64,000 nucleotides of DNA, taken from positions 5,187,247 to 5,251,246 of the forward strand of contig NZ_CP090978.1 in NCBI RefSeq assembly GCF_021513275.1. The letters are read 5' to 3'. Under the pieces are notes generated by a model. The model saw only the letters and a program-made list of their open reading frames with translations, had not been told where the DNA came from and did not search any database. The position numbers and the translations under genes were made by a program. The stretch is from Paenibacillus hexagrammi (lineage in GTDB: Bacteria; Bacillota; Bacilli; Paenibacillales; NBRC-103111). Shown here in pieces: positions 9,414 through 18,393 of this stretch (position 1 is its first letter; every line of letters begins with the position of its first letter).

Positions 9414-10408
9414 GGCATTTTCGCTCCGACGTCTTCGCCCAAATCCAGCGTGTACAGCCATTCGATTTTATCTCCTGGAGCTGCTTTATAGGAACCTGCT
9501 CCTTCGCCCGGAGCCTTTCCGTTCACTTTGTACACCCAACCGCTCTTAGGTCCGCGGTCAAATTCGTACAAATTATCGATGCCTTGGACATAAGCAAATG
9601 TACCCCTGCCTTGGTATTCCATTTGGATTTTATTTGCTTTGGTCACCTGCTTGAGCGCATCCAGCACGGTCATGCCTTCCTGAACAGGTACGGATGTCTC
9701 CTGCAAAATAGAGCCAAGCTTATCATCGCCTGTAATGCTGATACTAATAGCGGTTGTGGCTGGAGAAGGCGCTTGCTGGGAAGACGGCTCTGCCGTTCCT
9801 CCGCCACTTGCAGATGGCTGATTCGCTGAGTCTGCATTGGAGGAGGGCTCGACTGACCCTAGCATTGATGAAGAGGTGCTAGAGGCCGTCTGGGACCCGC
9901 CCGATGCAGATGTATCGGCACTAGACTGCAGAGTGTCTCCTTGTTCAGATGTATTGGCACTAGTAGACCGCTGGGGGGCTCCTTGTGATGATGCATTGGC
10001 ATCGAAGGTTTGTGCTTCTCCTTGCACGGTTGGATTTGCATTGGAAGAGGATTGGGCTCCTCCTTGTAGCGTGGCATTCGTACTTACGGATGCTTGAGCT
10101 GCACTTGTACCTGCGGCAGCCGACTCCGTACCGCCACTAAGCAGGCTCGAGCTGCCTGCTGCAGAGGCAGAGCTGCCCGGTTGACCTCCGTTGGAGGACA
10201 TAGTTGGGTCCGTATCCTGCTGTGCCGATTGATCAGCAGGTTTCGGGCCAGAGTTGTTTGTGCTGCTTACATGGAGACTGCCTGCCTTCGCATCGCTTCC
10301 ATTTGCGGCTGCCAGGTCAGATGAGCCAGCTTCCTGCTTGATGTGTGAACCGCAGCCTGAAGTAACAAGCATGCATGCTACTCCAAGCAGGATATACCAT
10401 TTATTCAT
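9410..10408 (-). CDS. Lipoprotein with S/A/G/T-rich linker and C-terminal DUF4430 (transcobalamin beta-domain-like) domain
   Basis: Lipobox 'LVTSGC'. Long low-complexity linker. C-terminal 'AYVQGIDNLYEFDRGPKSGWVYKVNGKAPGEGAGSYKAAPGDKIEWLYT' matches the DUF4430 pattern. Confidence 0.75.
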   Translation of the reverse strand: MNKWYILLGVACMLVTSGCGSHIKQEAGSSDLAAANGSDAKAGSLHVSSTNNSGPKPADQSAQQDTDPTMSSNGGQPGSSASAAGSSSLLSGGTESAAAGTSAAQASVSTNATLQGGAQSSSNANPTVQGEAQTFDANASSQGAPQRSTSANTSEQGDTLQSSADTSASGGSQTASSTSSSMLGSVEPSSNADSANQPSASGGGTAEPSSQQAPSPATTAISISITGDDKLGSILQETSVPVQEGMTVLDALKQVTKANKIQMEYQGRGTFAYVQGIDNLYEFDRGPKSGWVYKVNGKAPGEGAGSYKAAPGDKIEWLYTLDLGEDVGAKMP

Positions 10409-10491
10409 GATGAATCTCCTATCGTCATTTCTCTCAAAAAGGCAAGAAGGAGCCCCTTACAAGAAAGGGCTCTTCTTATCCTCAGCGATTC

Positions 10492-13400
10492 TTACTTTTT
10501 TGTCAATTCATAAGCTCTAACAGCTACGACAGCAGCCATCTCTCGAGTTGCCGAATCCTGCGGCAGGAATCTGCCGGACTCGTCGCCTTCCATGAGTCCT
10601 TGCTGTTGAACAGTTTGGATGTATGGTGCAGCGCCTTCAAATGCTTGATCTAAATCCGAGAATGAATCGGTCGCAGCATCAGCAGTTTCCAAATGCAGCG
10701 CTCTGGAAAGCATGATCGCCATTTCTTGGCGAGAGATCGCCGCATCCGGCGCGAAGCGGTCGTTGCTTACGCCTGTGGCGATACCCTTAGCTACTGCCTT
10801 CGCCACGTATCCTGCATACCAGGAGTCCGGCGCTACATCAGTAAAGCCAGTATTTACATCGGCAGAAGGAGCTTCACCCAGGATTCTCAGGAGGATCGCA
10901 GCGAATTGAATTCGAGTGATTTGTTTTTTAGGTTCAAAGGATGATTTTTCTCCGCCTGTTCCCTCAATTATATGATAGGCAGCGGCCTTCTTCACGGAAG
11001 GGAGTGCCCACGCTGCTATATCTGTTTGGTCTGCGAACACTGGAGCTGTTTCCGGCTGAGCTGGCTGGCTCACGTGGCTCGTGGACTTCAGGTAATTCTG
11101 GTATGCACCAAGTGCCATCAACGATTGCTCTGTAGCGATAACCTCCGATTGACCGTCCTTCGTATGAGGGAAAGAGCCGTCGCTCAGCTGCAAGCCTAGC
11201 AAGTAGGCCAGCATGCTTTTGTCACCGGAATGGAATTGCGGGTTGTTGACAGGATCAATACCGCTGACAGAAAGGCCCCAGATGACCTGCGCAGTGCTTT
11301 CGGCATTTTCCACACCCTTCAGTGTGAAACCGCCATCGTCGGCTTGCTGCGCGCTAAGCCATTTCACGGCTTTCTCCATGGCCGTTATTACGGTCGACTG
11401 TTCCTTGTAAGGTGTGAGTGCCGCCAACGCTGCTGCGGTCAAATCGGGCTCACCCTTCTCGCCCTTCGCCAGCGGCCAGCTGCCGTCTTGGTTTTGCGCA
11501 TCAAGGATCCATTGCAGCAGCTTTTCTGGTGTCCATTTCGCTTCTGCCGGGAGGTCATAGGAACCTCCGTGTAATGCAAGCAGCCCATAGATCGGGCCAT
11601 TGGTGCCCTGAATTTCCATTTGTTCGTTATTGTAGATGCGTTCGATCAGGTTAAAGCCGCCTATCGACTGAGGATTGCCTCCGGCAGCCTGAACGCTTAA
11701 AGCTAACCGTTCATAATCCGTCACTTTGCGGAATGTACCGTTCTTTTCCTTCAGCATGGCTATCACACTATCTAGATAGTTCGCGCTTACCGGCACACCT
11801 GCTGTATGGAGGGCATACGCCGACCAGTCACTGAGCTCGACTCCGTTCTTCAGCCACTTGGAAGCACGATCGATGGCAGGTCCAACATCTACAGAGGTGC
11901 CAGTTGTTGGCTTTTGCTCCAGTTTGGATCTATTAATAACAGCAAATTTCGTAAAATGGTTGACTAACCCTGTGACTGTTCCAGTCTCCGCATCAATGAC
12001 AGCCGGGATTGGAATCCATTCACCGGTCTCCTCGTTTAGCCAGACTAGCGCCAATTGACTTAAGTCCTCGGCTGCGAGTGGTGTTTTGATCGAGATTTGA
12101 ACGGGCTTGGCGTAGGTCAGACCTTTGGGGCCGAATTCAAAAATGGGTGAAACGAGCTCTTCGCGTTCTTGTGATGAAAGCTTGTTGACGGTAATGATTT
12201 TGCTTTCAGCTAGCGCATTCTCTGGGATTTGCAGCTTCACTTCTGATTTGGCGTCAGTAATTTCAGTTGCCGTCTTCGCTTGTGCTGTCTTTTCCAATGC
12301 AACCGCATTGCCTGCCAATTCTTTCTTGAGCGCTTCCGCAGCGGAAGCGGACATTTTCTTATCCGCATTGACAATCACTGCAGGCTTGGAAATTTGTTGA
12401 ATTGGTTTCTTGTTGTCGTAAGCCAGCTCCAGATTTTTCACTTTATCTGCGACTTCAGAGGTAGATGTTCCTGTTGCTGTAGTCGCTCCACCGCCTACTG
12501 GGGAAGGTGCGTTCAAATCATTGCCACCGTCTTTCGTATAACGCCAAGATACGGAGTCGCCGGACTTCAGTAGTACCGAGTCTGCGCCTGTACTCAAGTA
12601 GCTGCCGTTAACTGCGTACATCCATCCGCTTAGCGGCCCCTCGTCGAATTCTCTTAAACCGTCTATGCCCTGCACATATGCGGTTGAGCCCGAGCCCGAT
12701 GATTGAACACGGTTTGCTCCCAACGTGCGAATCAACAAAGAGTATGGTGTGTCGCCGCTCTGTAAGGCAACCGACCTTGTGGAAAGGATGGTTCCCTTAT
12801 TACTATCACCTGTCACGGAGAGGTAGACGATTGGGCTTCCTCCCGTATTCGTGCCTCCGTCTACTCGGGGCTGAATGGTAATCGGCTGCGACATATGGAC
12901 AATGATCGGAGTGCTGTTCGCCTTGTACCCTGAGATGTCCATATCATACGATCCAGCAGGCAGACCCGCGAATGTAACTGTGCCCTGGCTGTCCGTTACC
13001 GCTGTTAGTCCGCCGACTTTTACTTGGACGCCTTCCGCTGGTGAAGGCGTGTCGAAGCCGGATGTTTTTAGAATATTTACGGTGAAAGATTCGTTCGCTT
13101 TCGGCTGCGAAGGGTTTAGTGTTATGGAATTGACCAGGAAAGTGGTCGAGTTCCAGTCAGTATCAAATCCGCTGAAGTAAACGACCGCTCGTTCACCTGG
13201 GTGAAGCGTATAGTCTGCCATCCCTACCATAGGAATGGTCCATTTGCCTTGGCTGTAGATCGCGTAGCTCCATGCATCGGCATCGGATTCGATGGATTGC
13301 AGATACCCGTTATCTATGTGCTTATGAATCTGATGCTCTACCAGGATGTTTTCGATACTATCCAACAAATTAGGCGAGTTCGCCGCATCCACAGCAAAAG

Positions 13401-15021
13401 TTTGGGATGAACCCTCAATTTGAATCATAGCTGTGCCCACTTCAAAAGACTTGGAAGCAGCAGCGATCTTAGGTGCAGTCCCTGTCTGATAACCTGACAC
13501 TACTGCTTGATAGGTTCCACCGGAAAAACCGGCGGGGAATTGAGCGACACCGTAGGTGTCTGTCTGCACGGTTTGCCCGTTTATCTCCACAGAGACGTTC
13601 TCAGCCTCTTTGATATTTTCTTGATGGTTTTGATAATCATACACGGATTGATAAACCGTTACTGTAACCGCCTCACCTGCAACGGGCAAGGCAGGGTCTA
13701 TCGTGATCGACTGAACGAGTGCTGTACTATACCCTGTGTAGTACAAATACACGTCATCGCCAGCACGCAGTTGGTAATCGTGCATGTTGGTGGCACCAAC
13801 GGTTGCGTAATCCCATGATCCTTGACGCTTAACGTTGTAATACCACCATGTGTTACCGGTTCCACTTATGCCGTTAACGGCATGGAAATAATGACTTCCA
13901 TCTGCATCAAATGATACGCCCGAAGCCTGCAAAACCTGCACAGCCGCATCAAACGCATTACTCGCCGTCACCGCTCCTTCGGCCAAAATACCTGCCGGAC
14001 CTGCGACGTGAACCGTCACACTCGCATCCGAAGATGACCCACCGCCGATGACGGGTACAGATACATACGACCCGCTGTTGCCCCCGGTAAACGCATCATA
14101 ATCCACTAATGCCATTAAAGCCTGACCAGTTGCACCTGTATCCGAAGCACTGCTACTTGTAAGATGGACGAAGCCGCCGTCACTTCTGCGGTAGGTAAAC
14201 AGATAGCTGAGCGGATTTCCGTTAGCTTTGGTAAAGCTGGCGCTGCGCGCGTCTACACCTGCTGCGGAAAGTCCAATAATCACCTGTGCGGTACTCTCGG
14301 AATTTTCCCCGTACTCGGTAAATCCTCCGTTGTCTAATTGCTTCGAAGAGAGCCATTGAACGCCGCCTTCAATCGCTTGCTGGACAACTGGCAAGTCTTT
14401 ATACACGGAAAGGGCTTTAATTGCCGAAGCCGTGATATCGATGCTGCTATCGCCACCTGACGAGAGCGGGAAGCCGCCGTCGGCGTTCTTTTGCGTGAGC
14501 AGCCACGCTGCGATTTTATCCGGTTTCCACTTCGCTGTTAACGGAATATTGTACGCTCCGCTGCTTAAGGCTTGCAGGGCATAAATCGCACCGTTGCTGC
14601 CTTGCGCCGTCAGTACATCGCTGTTATAGATGCTCTGAATCAGATTGTACGTCCCGGTTCCCGTTACAACCTGCTCGGGATTACCGCCTGCAGCCTTCAC
14701 GGCCAGTGCTATCCTTGCGTAATCGGTGACGTTGTTGTATTGGCCGTTTTTTAGTCCGACCTGACTGCTGACCGAGGATAAATACGATGCCGGTACCGAC
14801 TTACCTGCTTTCGCTAGCGCATAGGCATCCCAATCGGTAATGTTGTCTCCGTTCGCTGCTAATAGATAGCCAGCTGCATCCTCTATCGCTTGCGGGACGG
14901 TTACAGTCCCTTGATCTCCTTGATCCGCATACACCGGCACAGCTCCGCTAAAAGCGGAAATGAGCAAACACCAGATCAGCAGGATCATGCTTACTTTTTG
15001 TACGACTTGCTTTCTTTCCAT
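10492..15021 (-). CDS. Giant (1509 aa) secreted S-layer-anchored protein: 2 alpha/alpha-toroid (prenyltransferase/terpene-cyclase-like) domains, 3 DUF4430-like modules, 3 C-terminal SLH domains
   Basis: Signal peptide. Repeated 'Q..DGGF'-type motifs (QKNADGGFPL, KQLDNGGFTEYG, RRSDGGFVHL, QNQDGSWPL, QQADDGGFTL). DUF4430-like segments around 'WWYYNVKRQG', 'WSYAIYSQGKW' and 'LSGWMYAVNGSY'. Three SLH repeats at the C-terminus. Confidence 0.8.
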   Translation of the reverse strand: MERKQVVQKVSMILLIWCLLISAFSGAVPVYADQGDQGTVTVPQAIEDAAGYLLAANGDNITDWDAYALAKAGKSVPASYLSSVSSQVGLKNGQYNNVTDYARIALAVKAAGGNPEQVVTGTGTYNLIQSIYNSDVLTAQGSNGAIYALQALSSGAYNIPLTAKWKPDKIAAWLLTQKNADGGFPLSSGGDSSIDITASAIKALSVYKDLPVVQQAIEGGVQWLSSKQLDNGGFTEYGENSESTAQVIIGLSAAGVDARSASFTKANGNPLSYLFTYRRSDGGFVHLTSSSASDTGATGQALMALVDYDAFTGGNSGSYVSVPVIGGGSSSDASVTVHVAGPAGILAEGAVTASNAFDAAVQVLQASGVSFDADGSHYFHAVNGISGTGNTWWYYNVKRQGSWDYATVGATNMHDYQLRAGDDVYLYYTGYSTALVQSITIDPALPVAGEAVTVTVYQSVYDYQNHQENIKEAENVSVEINGQTVQTDTYGVAQFPAGFSGGTYQAVVSGYQTGTAPKIAAASKSFEVGTAMIQIEGSSQTFAVDAANSPNLLDSIENILVEHQIHKHIDNGYLQSIESDADAWSYAIYSQGKWTIPMVGMADYTLHPGERAVVYFSGFDTDWNSTTFLVNSITLNPSQPKANESFTVNILKTSGFDTPSPAEGVQVKVGGLTAVTDSQGTVTFAGLPAGSYDMDISGYKANSTPIIVHMSQPITIQPRVDGGTNTGGSPIVYLSVTGDSNKGTILSTRSVALQSGDTPYSLLIRTLGANRVQSSGSGSTAYVQGIDGLREFDEGPLSGWMYAVNGSYLSTGADSVLLKSGDSVSWRYTKDGGNDLNAPSPVGGGATTATGTSTSEVADKVKNLELAYDNKKPIQQISKPAVIVNADKKMSASAAEALKKELAGNAVALEKTAQAKTATEITDAKSEVKLQIPENALAESKIITVNKLSSQEREELVSPIFEFGPKGLTYAKPVQISIKTPLAAEDLSQLALVWLNEETGEWIPIPAVIDAETGTVTGLVNHFTKFAVINRSKLEQKPTTGTSVDVGPAIDRASKWLKNGVELSDWSAYALHTAGVPVSANYLDSVIAMLKEKNGTFRKVTDYERLALSVQAAGGNPQSIGGFNLIERIYNNEQMEIQGTNGPIYGLLALHGGSYDLPAEAKWTPEKLLQWILDAQNQDGSWPLAKGEKGEPDLTAAALAALTPYKEQSTVITAMEKAVKWLSAQQADDGGFTLKGVENAESTAQVIWGLSVSGIDPVNNPQFHSGDKSMLAYLLGLQLSDGSFPHTKDGQSEVIATEQSLMALGAYQNYLKSTSHVSQPAQPETAPVFADQTDIAAWALPSVKKAAAYHIIEGTGGEKSSFEPKKQITRIQFAAILLRILGEAPSADVNTGFTDVAPDSWYAGYVAKAVAKGIATGVSNDRFAPDAAISRQEMAIMLSRALHLETADAATDSFSDLDQAFEGAAPYIQTVQQQGLMEGDESGRFLPQDSATREMAAVVAVRAYELTKK

Positions 15022-15048
15022 CCGTTGTTTCGTCCTCTCTCCGTGAAA

Positions 15049-15082
15049 TAAAAAAGCACCCCAACATGAAGAAGGGCTGCTG
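15049..15082 (-). terminator. Riboswitch expression-platform terminator (intrinsic)
   Basis: Minus-strand hairpin GCAGCCC...GGGGUGC followed by U6, located between the riboswitch aptamer and the start codon at 15021. Confidence 0.55.
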
Positions 15083-15189
15083 ATTACGCTTTACGCATAG
15101 ATTAGCTGGCCAGATAGATGTACAAAAGGAAGTACACTCATGCAGCCGTTTCCCCCTCTCCTATTCCCGCGTAGGCGATGGTACTGACA

Positions 15190-15350
15190 TTCAACAGATA
15201 TCCTGACTTGCGGATCGTAGCTAATCTCCCGTCTTCCCATCCTTCTTAAAAAGGATAGTGACATCTTGAAAGCAGCTCCCCGCTTACAGTGGCGCGACCG
15301 TGCCGGATTCTCACCGGACTTCCCTGTTTGGTTACCGAATGCGGACTGAA
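15190..15350 (-). promoter_or_regulatory. Cobalamin (B12) riboswitch aptamer
   Basis: The minus strand reads '...GGGAAGUCCGGUGAGAAUCCGGCACGGUCGCGCCACUGUAAGCGGGGAG...AAGUCAGGAUAUCUG'. The conserved GGUG/AAUCCGG core, the GCCACUG motif and a B12-box-like AAGUCAGGA all occur in canonical order. Confidence 0.8.
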
Positions 15351-15386
15351 AGGCCTTAGCATACGGTTCACTTTTAATCACTAAAA

Positions 15387-15416
15387 AGAATACCATGCGC
15401 TTGGATTGGCGTCCAA
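15387..15416 (-). promoter_or_regulatory. Candidate sigma-A promoter driving the riboswitch and surface-protein operon
   Basis: Minus strand TTGGAC-(18 nt)-TATTCT, just upstream of the aptamer. Confidence 0.3.
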
Positions 15417-15630
15417 GGTTTTTTCGTGAATTTTTGACAAAAATCGAGAGGATTTTCAAATGACCGAGCACTCAGAAGATTCAACAGGACACTTTCAATG
15501 AAATTGATGCACATGCAAAAAGGAGCTAGCCCTGGTTTAGGTGGGCAGCTCTTTGGTTTTGTTATCCTGCGTTACTTCGCTGATTTTACACAGAGTTGCA
15601 GAACTAGCACTTTGATCTCGCCTCTAGTAG

Positions 15631-17517
15631 TTACTGCGGAAAAATCAGCGTAATGGCCGTACCCTTCCCTTCCTTGCTAAGAACGCGCATCCACTTGCCT
15701 GCGCCGTAATGCAGCGTTAGCCTTTTGCTTGTATTAAAGAGTCCTACATGCTTGCCTTGCATAGAGTCTGACTCAAACGACGCGCGAATGCGCTTCAGCC
15801 GTTCAAGCGGTATTCCCGGTCCATTGTCGATGATGGTAACATGCAAATTTGCACCATTCATGCGGCACTTGACCTTAACAGCCAGTTGGTCTTGTGCAGC
15901 AAGACCGATATGAATGCTGTTCTCGACTAGCGGCTGCATGCTGATTTTCACGACACGGCAGTCCTTCATCTCCGCCCTCGTGTCCCAGATCACCTGCAAG
16001 CGATCCGAGAATCGGGTCTTCTGCAGCTCGATATAGCCTCTCACATTGGCAAGCTCATCGTGCAGCGTTACCGCATCATCCGTTCCCCGCAGCGCATATT
16101 CCAGCAGGTCGCTGAGCTGTTCGATCATGACGCACGCATCATTCGGTGAACGCGTCAGTTGGAAGGCTTTCCAGTAAATCGAGTGCAAAGTGTTGGACAT
16201 AAAATGAGGGTTCATCTGCGACTGAAGCGCTTTAAGCTCCAAAAGTTCCATCTTTGCCTGCCGCTCGGAGAGCTGGATGCGCAAATATTTTTGCTCCAGG
16301 AACGTATCAAGAATATTTTTGACGATTAGCTCGTACACGTCTTGAATCTTGTCCGGCATGGCAGGGACGGTGTCATCATGGCGATCGGCATGCTCCAGCA
16401 CATGGACGATTTGCGTAACTTGTCGGTAATTTTTCCTAGTGATCCAGAGAGCGTAGATGATACTCAGCAGCAAGGAGAACACGGATAGCGCCAAGGTAAT
16501 GTACACGATCATCCTCGGAAGGCTGTACAACGCTTTGGTCGGGATGACGGATACGGCTATCCAAGCCAGGCGCGGGGATTGCTTCATTGTAACTAAAGCG
16601 CCGCCTAAGGAAGAGCGGATCAAATGCCCTTCTGCTAGCTGCTCAGACTCTGGCAGCGGGATGCTGCCTCCGAAGCTGTCAGAGGTAATCAGCGGATCGC
16701 CGCTTGGGTCTGCGATATACGAATAGCTGCCCTGCCAGTCGTTAAACAAATTCAATGATTTGGCGAAATAGGAAGGCAGGACATTCATCACAATCACGCC
16801 GCGGGGATGCCCGTCCTCATTAAGTCCCCCGAACGGCTGATACACGGTTAGCACCTGCGTGGTGCCATTAGGGTCAGAGCTGGCCACTAGCTCGCGAGGC
16901 TGTGTAACCAGTTCTTCTTCTCCACTGAATACCTTGGACTGGTAAAAGGTGTACCAGCTCGTATCCAGCACCGAATCCATCTGGGCAATGCCGTCACGCG
17001 AACTTAAAAACCGCCCTTGCGAATTCTCATAATAAATATAAATGGAATGGATGTAAGATTTGGAATTAGCCGGAACATCAATGACGTTGCGCAAATAAAA
17101 CAGTGCCTCTACCTCTTCAAAGGAAAACGAAGTCGTATTGAGTATATTTTTCAACCGAAGTTTGATCTTTGGATCCTTGTCAAAGGAAAGACTTAAAGAA
17201 TCAAGCTCTGCAGGAATGACCTCCGTAAGCTGATTAATTTGATTCAGCCGGTTTTCACTGTTCTGTTCCACAGAGCCGCGGATGTACCAAACTGTAATAA
17301 AGATGGACAAGGAGCCTAGTATGGTCAGAGGAATGAGCGACAGCACGATCACTCGTCTCAGGTTGTCTGCGAAAAATTTTCGCGCTAAAGCTGCATCACT
17401 CTGCTTGACATATTTAATGCTCGTGCTTGAACTGCCCTGGCGTTTTCCCGTAATACTGCTTAAAAGCGCGTATAAAATTTTTCGCATTCGCATATCCCAC
17501 CATTTCGCTGACCTCAA
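15631..17517 (-). CDS. Sensor histidine kinase, YesM-like (2 TM, extracellular sensor, HAMP, HisKA_3-like, HATPase)
   Basis: H-box 'MNPHFMSNTLHSIYW' and 'IIDNGPGI' ATPase motifs. The N-terminus overlaps the response-regulator C-terminus, so the true start may be downstream. Confidence 0.85.
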   Translation of the reverse strand: MRSAKWWDMRMRKILYALLSSITGKRQGSSSTSIKYVKQSDAALARKFFADNLRRVIVLSLIPLTILGSLSIFITVWYIRGSVEQNSENRLNQINQLTEVIPAELDSLSLSFDKDPKIKLRLKNILNTTSFSFEEVEALFYLRNVIDVPANSKSYIHSIYIYYENSQGRFLSSRDGIAQMDSVLDTSWYTFYQSKVFSGEEELVTQPRELVASSDPNGTTQVLTVYQPFGGLNEDGHPRGVIVMNVLPSYFAKSLNLFNDWQGSYSYIADPSGDPLITSDSFGGSIPLPESEQLAEGHLIRSSLGGALVTMKQSPRLAWIAVSVIPTKALYSLPRMIVYITLALSVFSLLLSIIYALWITRKNYRQVTQIVHVLEHADRHDDTVPAMPDKIQDVYELIVKNILDTFLEQKYLRIQLSERQAKMELLELKALQSQMNPHFMSNTLHSIYWKAFQLTRSPNDACVMIEQLSDLLEYALRGTDDAVTLHDELANVRGYIELQKTRFSDRLQVIWDTRAEMKDCRVVKISMQPLVENSIHIGLAAQDQLAVKVKCRMNGANLHVTIIDNGPGIPLERLKRIRASFESDSMQGKHVGLFNTSKRLTLHYGAGKWMRVLSKEGKGTAITLIFPQ

Positions 17518-18169
17518 GCGCCTTCCAGCGATGCTCCCGCAAAAGCTCAGCCGCTTTTTTCATCCGAATCCCAAGCACATAATCGGAGAACTTTTGACCC
17601 GTAAGCTTGCGAAAATAGGAGCTCACATAGCTGGGATTCATGTGTACAAACTGCGCCACATCCTCCAGGGTTACGGTTCGGTATTCGACTTCAATAAAGT
17701 GAAGCATGCGCTGTATGACAGGATCGAGGGATTGTTCGTTCACTTCCACCTGCGTGGGGATGTCGGAGTCAGGCTCAGCTGCCCCTCCCTTTTGTTCATC
17801 CAATTCCCGCTTGAGCTGCATGAGAACATCGTGCAAATCTTTGAATTTAGCCGGCTTCACCATGTAATGCCGAACGCCGTAGCTGATCGCCTGGCGTGCC
17901 AGCTCAAAATCCCGCAGCCCGCTGAGCAGAATTACCTCCACCGGCAGTTTACGTTCATGGATTTCCCTTGCCAGCTCAATCCCGCTCATGACGGGCATTT
18001 TGATATCGCAAAGGATCGCATCCAGCTCATGCTGGAGCAAATATTTAAGCGCTTCCATTCCATTTCCAAGCTGAGCCACAATTTCGAATCCGGCCTGCTC
18101 CCATGGAAAACAGCTGCAAAGCGTGTCTCGAGTCGTCGTCTCATCATCAACAAACGCTAATTTGTACAT
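17414..18169 (-). CDS. Response regulator with AraC-type HTH output domain (YesN-like)
   Basis: Receiver 'MYKLAFVDDE...DAILCDIKMP' and a C-terminal AraC HTH ('YANAKNFIRAFKQYYGKTP'). Confidence 0.85.
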   Translation of the reverse strand: MYKLAFVDDETTTRDTLCSCFPWEQAGFEIVAQLGNGMEALKYLLQHELDAILCDIKMPVMSGIELAREIHERKLPVEVILLSGLRDFELARQAISYGVRHYMVKPAKFKDLHDVLMQLKRELDEQKGGAAEPDSDIPTQVEVNEQSLDPVIQRMLHFIEVEYRTVTLEDVAQFVHMNPSYVSSYFRKLTGQKFSDYVLGIRMKKAAELLREHRWKALEVSEMVGYANAKNFIRAFKQYYGKTPGQFKHEH

Positions 18170-18393
18170 GATTCAAGCCTCCTCTCTTCATTATAGCCCC
18201 TCGTACATATAAAAAGGAATGACGGTATAAATTGGCTCAATGGAAGCGAATAATCTAAAGATATGATACCTTTTCCAAAGAAATCGAGCAATGAAACCGC
18301 CATGTTCCAAAATGAAAGCCCTTTTTATGAAAACGGATTCATGTTACCTTGAGTTTGGGCCCGAAATTCACTACAAGACAGGGGGACGTAACT

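Noticed and set aside
15091-15471. 126-aa ORF on the minus strand upstream of the giant surface-protein gene
   Set aside because: It is entirely occupied by the cobalamin riboswitch aptamer and terminator. Its Arg/Gly-rich translation is a by-product of GC-rich structured RNA.
17282-18160. 292-aa plus-strand ORF
   Set aside because: It is fully antisense to the well-supported response-regulator/kinase genes and has no domain signal, so it is a spurious shadow ORF. Other long antisense ORFs are rejected on the same grounds, for example 53141..53695, 1378..1941 and 49822..50151.
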